This document shows positions 8,576-16,111 of a DNA stretch of 64,000 nt, piece by piece. Origin of the DNA: a virus. Taxonomy: Duplodnaviria > Caudoviricetes. The translations under genes and the position numbers were made by a program. Position 1 is the first letter of the stretch; every line of letters begins with the position of its first letter. Where the stretch lies: positions 64,001 to 128,000 of the IMG/VR virus record IMGVR_UViG_3300033067_001757; one strand, given 5' to 3'. The notes below the pieces were generated by a model. The model worked only from the letters and a program-made list of their open reading frames with translations, was not told the DNA's origin and searched no databases.

Positions 8576-9418
8576 TTAAACAAAGCATTCACATGGTTTT
8601 GCTTCGTCGAGTGATTCAATTTTATATTTCTTTAAATACTTACCGAATTCTCCTTTCGGTATATGTTCGGATGCTGGTATGCCTGCACATTTCATCCTTT
8701 CAAATATTGGTTCCAGTTCGGATAATGGTGATGGATGCATGACACCCTTCTTCATCATTCTGAGGATTGAGTAGCCCAGGTATTCTTCGGTCTCTTTAGC
8801 CTTCTTAAAGATGTCGTACCTGGTACAATATGTGACATACCAGTGTTGCATTCCACCCTTGAGACAGCCTGTACAATTAGCATGTTTGAATTGGCTATAT
8901 GTATTAGGCTTTCTGATACCGATTTCTTCTGTGCTGAATATGGTTCTTTCATCCCACAAAGCGAGTGGATAATCTGTTTGATATCCCATCGCTCCTAATA
9001 TTGATTGACGTCGAGCAACTCTGTTCATTTCATTAGCATCAAAACCATAGTATATGATACAATCTTCATCAGGAAAATATCTTTGCAGAAAAATATTAAA
9101 TGGTCTTGTTTTTAGTCTGCTCGTACAAATAGCTTCACCTGAATTCGGCGCTTTAAAACCACTTTCTTTTACAGCAATATCAAATTGATCCGGTATATCA
9201 TTTGGATTGGTAACATCTTTATAGTTGGCATATGTAATTGGTATTCCTAAGTATTCAGATACTTCATTACCAAATCTTTTGATATCAGCTTCTTCTTTAT
9301 CAGGATGAATATCATGGTTAAGTAATATGACATTTTCTTTACCGAACTTCCTGGTGACTTCTATCGCAACCAACGCTGATGAATGACCCTTACTGAAACA
9401 TACGATGTGTTTATTCAT
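8576..9418 (-). CDS. PP-loop (PAPS reductase/DndC-like) protein with conserved cysteines, probably Fe-S binding
   Basis: N-terminal CFSKGHSSA (variant of SGGxDS), AICTSRLK, YGFDANE, HANCTGCLKGG and C-terminal PCEC. Confidence 0.72.
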   Translation of the reverse strand: MNKHIVCFSKGHSSALVAIEVTRKFGKENVILLNHDIHPDKEEADIKRFGNEVSEYLGIPITYANYKDVTNPNDIPDQFDIAVKESGFKAPNSGEAICTSRLKTRPFNIFLQRYFPDEDCIIYYGFDANEMNRVARRQSILGAMGYQTDYPLALWDERTIFSTEEIGIRKPNTYSQFKHANCTGCLKGGMQHWYVTYCTRYDIFKKAKETEEYLGYSILRMMKKGVMHPSPLSELEPIFERMKCAGIPASEHIPKGEFGKYLKKYKIESLDEAKPCECFV

Positions 9419-9623
9419 TCATTCTCTCCTTCACTAACGCTATTATTTTTTCAACGGTATCCAGGCCATCCATTTCATCGTCGTTGATTATGACTGAAAA
9501 CAATTTTTCTATTTGCATAATCATATCAAAAAAATACCATACATCAATCATCTGATCTGTTCCTACATAATTCAGAATATTTGATTCATATTCATTATAT
9601 AATTCTCTTATTTTTTCTTCCAT
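9411..9623 (-). CDS. Acyl-carrier-protein-like small acidic protein lacking the DSL serine
   Basis: DMIMQIEKLFSVIINDDEMDGLDTVEKIIALV matches the ACP helix II-IV pattern; DVW occupies the DSL position. Confidence 0.6.
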   Translation of the reverse strand: MEEKIRELYNEYESNILNYVGTDQMIDVWYFFDMIMQIEKLFSVIINDDEMDGLDTVEKIIALVKERMNE

Positions 9624-10096
9624 CTGATAAGTTTTAATCCATCTTCATCTGGTACATTTTCTTCAGACCTTTCGTAACCGGTAAAATATTTATTTATATA
9701 ATAATTATAAATCTTATCTCTCGTGGAACCATGTAAATCATATTCAATTCCTTTCACATCATATTTATCAACATAGTATTTTAAAAACCCAAATACAGTC
9801 GGGACTATTACTTTGGAAGAAGGATCATTCAATAATTTAGTAACATTAGTTACTCTATGTCCATCTACATCCTCTATATTTCCAAAAGAAACATTGTGAT
9901 ATTCCGGATCAAGAACATTACTAAAATATATTTCATATTCTTTACCCTTATAGGTTAAAAACACTTGCATCACTTTTGAAGTCTCCCTCTTTATAACATA
10001 CTCAACACCTTTACTTTTAAGTTCATCGAGTTGATACAAGTCAATCATTTCCAATAAAACTTCGGCCAATATTGTATTTAATCTCATGTTATTCAT
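9608..10096 (-). CDS. Hypothetical protein, paralog of 59252..59812
   Basis: Shares YxVxF/Y...TV...F/Y...R/N..Y architecture with 59252..59812; N-terminal MRLNTILAEVLLE. Confidence 0.6.
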   Translation of the reverse strand: MNNMRLNTILAEVLLEMIDLYQLDELKSKGVEYVIKRETSKVMQVFLTYKGKEYEIYFSNVLDPEYHNVSFGNIEDVDGHRVTNVTKLLNDPSSKVIVPTVFGFLKYYVDKYDVKGIEYDLHGSTRDKIYNYYINKYFTGYERSEENVPDEDGLKLIRWKKK

Positions 10097-11060
10097 TTAC
10101 ATATTTCCATTTAAATCCACCAGCTGTTATTCCCCGACCATTACATACTCCTGTAATGTTCTGCCTGGATATACCGAGTGTCTCGACGGCTTTTGAAATA
10201 GTATCCCATATCTTAATCACTTCGTCTGTCTTATGATTGATCTGCATTAATGATTCTCGTTTATCTGGTTTGGGTGCATATTTGAAGCGATGGTTTTTCA
10301 CCACTTTGGTACCGCTCTTACATGATACACATATGTTAGCTGGACTATCGTTTAAAAAATCAGCAGCTTCTCTCATGCTGTCGAATGTTTTAATATAATT
10401 CCAGTTAATATCAAACATATCAATCGGAGTTTTTTGCTTATTAGAAGCTTTCTTTATATTGGCAACCGACGTAGGATATTTTTTACCTGAATGAATCTTG
10501 GAAACCTTCTCACTATATTCAACAGTTCGCGGTGGCATTATTCTACCGGTTGATGTCACTCTTACTTTTTCTTTAGTTTCATCCGATGATTTCCTACCAG
10601 TTAATGCTTCGCTTAATAATTGTTTCGTCTTCTCCGATAAAGGTTTACCAAACGATGGATTGTTCTTACCGGAAAATTTAATACTCATACTTTTCCGTCT
10701 CTCATCAGTCCAACAATTTCTGGCTATCTGTAATCGTTCTTCAGAATAAAGAACAGGCACATCATCATAACCTGGCAGGGATAGATTCAAACCTTTGTGT
10801 TTATCTAATACTTCATACAAATCACCGAATGTTCGTTCCATTTTGAACATATCTTCAATCAATCCCCTCCAGATACATTCAAAAACATGATTCTCCGGGC
10901 CATATTTCTTCAGTGAACGGTATAACTTTGATTGAGATTTACACTGTAATGTCTTATAACTGTACCATCGTTGATATAGAGTTTGATATGTACTACCGAT
11001 ATAAATTCTACCTGTTGGACTTGTAATTTTATAGACTTTTCCTTTTCTTTTTGCTTTCAT
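10089..11060 (-). mobile_element. Free-standing GIY-YIG homing endonuclease with NUMOD3/NUMOD1 repeats
   Basis: KVYKITSPTGRIYIGST, LYRSLKKYG, NPSFGKPLSEKTK and TAGGFKWKY. Confidence 0.88.
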
Positions 11061-11112
11061 CTATAATAAATATCATAGACGAACAATAATATGTGGAGTT
11101 ATCTAAATATAT

Positions 11113-12255
11113 TTACTCATCGTCAGCTTCAATACTGTTAAAAACATCTCTGATGTCTTCCTTTACATCTTGCTCTTCCACAATATCAAACTCGCCGGTA
11201 CCAAGTATCTCCAACCACTCATGACGATGATCTTTCTTGTACTTTTCAACGTCTTTTTTATCATCTTTGATAAAGCCATGTGGAGTAACAAGTATCTTCG
11301 CAGATGCTGTTATACCGTTGATATGATTCTTCTCAATTGACACCTTGGTACGCTTAGCGAATTCTACCTCTCGACCGTTCTTCTGAGCCTTAATTTTTGA
11401 TGTGCCTGCATTGGTTACATTACCGAATAATATACAAAGGCTACAGTCTGAATAGAGAGCGTTTCCACCCTTGCTTTTAATTGTAGGTAGCGCACCATAA
11501 GTTGCCGGCTTATCAATCCAGATCTTATTAACGACGATGAATGTATTAGTGTAAGGTCTTGATAATTTACGTGATACTATTATCTGTTGATCAATATAGT
11601 TACCAAAATTTCTACTCATCGCAGCCGCTGCCCATTCATTATTAGAGGTTTTTGAATCGAGTGACTGTTGGCAGACTACAGTTCCAGCACAGTCCCAAAA
11701 AAATACCAGGTCATATGGAAGTTTGCCTTTCTTCTGTTCATCTAATAGATCACCCATGAACCCTGCTATCTTTTCGATAGTTCCGACCTGTTCAATATCA
11801 ACATAAATGAAATTACCTTCATACCGCATCTCACCTGTTTCCTTGTCTGGAACTTCGTCGAATTCAAGACCCATGAGCCTCATATGATTCCAATCTATTT
11901 TCATCTCTGTTATTATAAGAACCGGTAGCTTCCCTGCTTTCTGCGCAGCTACGATAGCTTCGATACCCAAGGCGCTTTTACCTGTGTCACTATGGCCGCG
12001 TATAACAACCACATGTCCTACCGGTATACCGGGTAGTCCTGTTGCTTCCTGGAATGCTTCAGACACCTTTAACCATTCTTGATCTTTAAACCCGGATGAT
12101 TGATTAAGATTCTTAGACTTCTTGAAATCATTTAAATCAAAACCCTTCTTAGGAACTATTGCCGTTCCTACAGCTTTCTTCATATTATTACCAGTAGCAG
12201 CCTTCGCAGATTTCTCTTCTGCGCTGGCAACTTTAATTGTTGCTTTCTTTGCCAT
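11113..12255 (-). CDS. uvsX: RecA/UvsX-like recombinase
   Basis: GIPVGHVVVIRGHSDTGKS Walker A, ITEMK, FFWDC, KGGNALY and IEKNHING. Confidence 0.88.
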   Translation of the reverse strand: MAKKATIKVASAEEKSAKAATGNNMKKAVGTAIVPKKGFDLNDFKKSKNLNQSSGFKDQEWLKVSEAFQEATGLPGIPVGHVVVIRGHSDTGKSALGIEAIVAAQKAGKLPVLIITEMKIDWNHMRLMGLEFDEVPDKETGEMRYEGNFIYVDIEQVGTIEKIAGFMGDLLDEQKKGKLPYDLVFFWDCAGTVVCQQSLDSKTSNNEWAAAAMSRNFGNYIDQQIIVSRKLSRPYTNTFIVVNKIWIDKPATYGALPTIKSKGGNALYSDCSLCILFGNVTNAGTSKIKAQKNGREVEFAKRTKVSIEKNHINGITASAKILVTPHGFIKDDKKDVEKYKKDHRHEWLEILGTGEFDIVEEQDVKEDIRDVFNSIEADDE

Positions 12256-12293
12256 ACTCTGTTTAAGTGAATTGATACATGACCTTTATTAAA

Positions 12294-12352
12294 GCACCCG
12301 GACGGGTGTAATTCTATCTGTTTACACATGAGATATACCCTTGCGGGTATAC
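12294..12352 (-). other. Intergenic tandem hairpins
   Basis: Minus strand TATACCC-GCAA-GGGTATA (GNRA loop) and CACCC-GTCC-GGGTG. Confidence 0.5.
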
Positions 12353-12355
12353 CTA

Positions 12356-13381
12356 CTATTCATCATCGTCAAACACGGCGCTAAACTTATCAGCAACAGA
12401 TACTGCTTTACTTGGTGCCTTGGGTGCTACTTTTACTTCGGACTTAACAGTCGGAGCCTTAGCAGGAGCTTTTGGAGCAGCCTTCTTTACAGGTGGTGGA
12501 GGTGGGGGTAATTCCTCTTCCTCGGGGTCTTCTTCAAATGGTTGATCTGGCACCAAATCAGTAACATCGTCCTCATCATCTTCGGGTTCTGGTGGAGCGG
12601 GTGCAAACTTCTTCACAGCGGCTGATGTAGGTTTGGGTGCCGGTGCTGGTTGTTTCTCTGCTTCTGCAGCCTCTGGATCGAGGTACTTCGCGAACATTTC
12701 TTTGATCTCTGCGAACGTATATTTCTTATGAACTTCCAACGGATCCTTCTGATCATCCAACCATTTCTTAACCAGGTTAGCATCTTCAGATAACGGAGAT
12801 GTTACTGAATCCGGAAGAATGTTTACTTCAATATAGTTAATATTCTTAGCACCCTGTTGCATAGTTGCTTTCACACCTTCTACTTCGAGATCACGTCCTT
12901 CCATTACATCTGTGATATCCCCCAACTTTTTCTTACCAAGCAAAGCCAGAATTTTTGTCTCAGTCTGAGAACCAAATTCCCATAATAAAACTCCTTTATC
13001 TTCTTGGCCACGAACGATCACCGGCATAAAGAATCTCTCTTTTATCTTGATCTTTTTAGCTAAGTTCTCACTTTCCAACGCTGTTTCTGAACCGGATTTA
13101 GCATCTTCATAGAGTCCTTTTCTAAATTGTTCAACAGGATCTTTCTCTCCCCAGTTCTTCAATGCGTAAACTGTACGCTTGAATATGTTATTGTCGTGGA
13201 AGAAAACATTTTTAATGGGATAATCCCGGTTCCATTTGGCTGGAACAATGCGGATAATTTGTTCCCCCTCTTTAGGTTTGAAGAAAATTTTAGACCAATC
13301 GGTTTTTTCGAAGGTGTTACCGTTACCTTTCTGCGTCTTCTGTTCCAGACGCTGCTTTACAATAGACATGTCTAATGCCAT
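12356..13381 (-). CDS. Single-stranded DNA-binding protein (T4 gp32-like)
   Basis: FFKPKEGEQIIRIVP, PVIVRGQEDKGVLLWEFG, GDITDVMEGRDL, Pro/Ala/Lys linker and acidic tail FDDDE. Confidence 0.85.
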   Translation of the reverse strand: MALDMSIVKQRLEQKTQKGNGNTFEKTDWSKIFFKPKEGEQIIRIVPAKWNRDYPIKNVFFHDNNIFKRTVYALKNWGEKDPVEQFRKGLYEDAKSGSETALESENLAKKIKIKERFFMPVIVRGQEDKGVLLWEFGSQTETKILALLGKKKLGDITDVMEGRDLEVEGVKATMQQGAKNINYIEVNILPDSVTSPLSEDANLVKKWLDDQKDPLEVHKKYTFAEIKEMFAKYLDPEAAEAEKQPAPAPKPTSAAVKKFAPAPPEPEDDEDDVTDLVPDQPFEEDPEEEELPPPPPPVKKAAPKAPAKAPTVKSEVKVAPKAPSKAVSVADKFSAVFDDDE

Positions 13382-13425
13382 AAAATACTGGATTGTTTAA
13401 TGATAGAATATTGAATTGTAGAGTG

Positions 13426-13457
13426 CAAAGGTATAGAACTTATTTGAGATCACCAAA
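13426..13457 (-). promoter_or_regulatory. Bacteroidota sigma-A type promoter upstream of SSB
   Basis: TTTG-N20-TACCTTTG on the minus strand. Confidence 0.8.
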
Positions 13458-13484
13458 TAAAAGTTCTATAATAGAGAAGTTATT

Positions 13485-13922
13485 TTATTTACGGATATGT
13501 ATTACGTCGTAGATTTTGGTAGCGAGATGGCAAAGTTCACCGCCTCTGGTAATCAGGATAGAATTCTTGTAATTGTTCCAGTTGATTCGGAAGTGTGGAT
13601 CCAATACTCCGTTATTAAAAGCGGTAATAAGTGCGTTCAGGGCCTTAACCGTGTAGAATGTATTGGTATCTTTTTTACGTTGAATGATCAGGGTATCAGG
13701 AATAATGTGTGTGGATAAAATATTAGAAGTATCGATATTATATGTACATAACAATTCCTGGGATTCGGCTACTGAAAACACAAATATCTTATCGAACAAT
13801 ATTTCGTATGTACGATTTATTAATCGAATGGTGTCATCCAAATTTGACTGATATGTGAAAGTGCAAAATAATTTATTTGACAAACCTTTTATTTCTTCTG
13901 GTAAAATAGAGTAGCGGTACAT
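13485..13922 (-). CDS. Hypothetical phage protein
   Basis: 145-aa ORF with a GATATTTAT motif directly upstream. Confidence 0.7.
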   Translation of the reverse strand: MYRYSILPEEIKGLSNKLFCTFTYQSNLDDTIRLINRTYEILFDKIFVFSVAESQELLCTYNIDTSNILSTHIIPDTLIIQRKKDTNTFYTVKALNALITAFNNGVLDPHFRINWNNYKNSILITRGGELCHLATKIYDVIHIRK

Positions 13923-13945
13923 AAATAAATATCAAATAAAGTTTG

Positions 13946-15286
13946 TCAAACAGATTTCATATTAGCATAATTGCTCCCATAAGTACAAGATGTTTTATAT
14001 CCACCATGTTCCAGAATTTCTTCGATATCATTTAACACCGCTTTTGAGTCATCTTTACTGTAGTCAAATAAAAATGAATCATAAGTATAAAGTATCAGCT
14101 TGGTTTTTTTAGTTTGCAAATATGCTATCAAATCATTTAATATCAGAATATTGCGCTCTGTTTCATAGTTCTGTAACAAATATGGTAATATCTGGGTTTT
14201 ATTAGAAATATTTGTAATAGGTCGACCTGATATCCACGATTTTACATAACCATTCTCCTGAAAGTTTTCCCAATATTGATTTTTAAATTCTCTGATCTTG
14301 GAAATAAATGGAATTTTTTCAAAATCGTTGAAAGGAGCATCTGTATATATAATTTTAAATGTTATTCCTTTACTGGATTCATATTGTTCATCAGTAATAA
14401 CATCGGTATTGAAATAAAGTTTAGCCAGGCTAGTGTGTATGTCATCATCTTCGAATTCAAAACCAATAATCTCACATAATATTCTTAAGTGATATGAAGA
14501 ATAATCAAACTCTACTAATACATTGTTACCCGGTACAATAAACTCCCGACTACTATTACTCTTATCCATGCCGGCGAAATTAATACCGTTGAATTTGTTA
14601 CTGGGTCTGCCAGTCTGGGTAAAGAGATTGTACTGAGTATAAATCTTACCATTATCGTCTATAGAAAATGATTCATTCTTCAGTTTAAAGTGCTCATCCA
14701 GCTTAGCTTTATCTATTGTAATACCCTGTCTTTCTATTTCACTGAATACATAGTTTCCAATATGATTATAGAATCTGAAATACTTCGACTTAAACCATTC
14801 ATCTTTCAGCTTTATATCCTTAAACATATTCTCACATTTCTCATAATGCTTGGAAATGGGAATAAGTCTGTTTATGTCTTGTCTTAGCGGGTACCGTTGA
14901 TAGAAATATGAATGAGCAGCAGTATTGTACTTACTTTCATCCAATATATCTTCAGACATGAGGTATTTGGCTGTTTTAAGGCAAAATACGCGGTCATGTG
15001 GTAACGGATAAGTAAACGCTTTCTTACCGTCATTGACAAAAATTTGATTGGTTTTCTTTGATATTAGCGACCAGACTAAATTGATGTCCAGTTTAAACCC
15101 TTCCGTATGATCAATACAGAATATGAAGCCAGCCCTGGATCTAAATGGTTTTAAATAGACCAGACTCACAGGGGAAATAAGATGATGACACTGAGGATTG
15201 AAATGAATGACTTCTAAAAAACACCGGTCTAAATTATACTCGGAAAATTTATCCAGTTGATCCTTCGTCTCAATTAAGTAGAACAA
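13946..15286 (-). CDS. Compact family-A DNA polymerase-like protein (TTG start)
   Basis: YNLFTQTGRPSN, motif A EFDYSSYHLRI, DIHT, motif B KGITFKIIY and motif C LYTYDSFLFD. Confidence 0.8.
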   Translation of the reverse strand: MFYLIETKDQLDKFSEYNLDRCFLEVIHFNPQCHHLISPVSLVYLKPFRSRAGFIFCIDHTEGFKLDINLVWSLISKKTNQIFVNDGKKAFTYPLPHDRVFCLKTAKYLMSEDILDESKYNTAAHSYFYQRYPLRQDINRLIPISKHYEKCENMFKDIKLKDEWFKSKYFRFYNHIGNYVFSEIERQGITIDKAKLDEHFKLKNESFSIDDNGKIYTQYNLFTQTGRPSNKFNGINFAGMDKSNSSREFIVPGNNVLVEFDYSSYHLRILCEIIGFEFEDDDIHTSLAKLYFNTDVITDEQYESSKGITFKIIYTDAPFNDFEKIPFISKIREFKNQYWENFQENGYVKSWISGRPITNISNKTQILPYLLQNYETERNILILNDLIAYLQTKKTKLILYTYDSFLFDYSKDDSKAVLNDIEEILEHGGYKTSCTYGSNYANMKSV

Positions 15287-15345
15287 AATTATTCATTGTT
15301 TTGAGTATTCCAAATTAAATTTTTATTATCCGATAACAATCGCGA

Positions 15346-15543
15346 TTACTCAGACGATATCAACCATATTACAAAACGAAATATAAGCATAATCAATACA
15401 CATGTACTGTACATTACCAATACCCCAATGAACCCTGTCTCCCTAAATACCATAAACGGAGGTATGAATACCATTAAAAATAAAATTGTATAACCTATGA
15501 ATTTTTTAACATAGCTTAAGTACTTTGCAGAATATTTTTTCAT
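15346..15543 (-). CDS. Small two-TM membrane protein
   Basis: Two hydrophobic stretches; has its own host-type promoter and TAAAGGTC-ATG context. Confidence 0.7.
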   Translation of the reverse strand: MKKYSAKYLSYVKKFIGYTILFLMVFIPPFMVFRETGFIGVLVMYSTCVLIMLIFRFVIWLISSE

Positions 15544-15559
15544 GACCTTTATTTGACAG

Positions 15560-15590
15560 CAAAACTACGGAAAAATATCGAGACTACAAA
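15560..15590 (-). promoter_or_regulatory. Bacteroidota sigma-A type promoter
   Basis: TTTG-N19-TAGTTTTG on the minus strand. Confidence 0.75.
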
Positions 15591-16111
15591 TTCTGATTAG
15601 AGAACTCAGCAAGATTAACTAAATATATAGAGAGACCTGGAACTATCGTTTCTTTAGATTTCACTGTACGCATATTAGTATCGATGATACCGTGTACCGG
15701 TATTTTGGAGTCCTTATTATCGTAGAGCGGTCCAGTAATCTTCCACTCCAGATTTACACCGACATACAGTGGATTGCTCTTGAATTTATTGTAATCAGTA
15801 ATAGAGACCTCTTTAATCGTGTCTACACCGCTGTTAACGCGTTTAATGAAGTATCTGGTGATAAATCCCCGCTTCATATCTTCCACGGTCACGGTCGGTC
15901 TGAAATACATTGATTTCGTAGTACCTGGAGTATTATTGACAATCAGCTTCTGCAGTTCTGACGGATTACTGTCTGTTGGGCTCCCTGAAAAATACCGGTT
16001 ATCAAACGTAGCATAGTATTTTCCTTTATACGGCTTCTTCGTCGACAGCATGACGAACTGGTTTCCGGATGTATACTGATCTTCGCTTATTTTGGATTTA
16101 GGGTAGTACAT
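15584..16111 (-). CDS. Hypothetical protein, probably baseplate-associated
   Basis: Start overlaps the stop of the upstream 943-aa gene in the tail/baseplate block. Confidence 0.6.
   Translation of the reverse strand: MYYPKSKISEDQYTSGNQFVMLSTKKPYKGKYYATFDNRYFSGSPTDSNPSELQKLIVNNTPGTTKSMYFRPTVTVEDMKRGFITRYFIKRVNSGVDTIKEVSITDYNKFKSNPLYVGVNLEWKITGPLYDNKDSKIPVHGIIDTNMRTVKSKETIVPGLSIYLVNLAEFSNQNL

Noticed and set aside
15284-15314. TTTG-N19-TAATTTTG promoter-like match at the start of the PolA-like gene
   Set aside because: Its -7 element overlaps the TTG start codon, so it could not transcribe the full gene. This is probably a chance match in AT-rich DNA, though it remains ambiguous.
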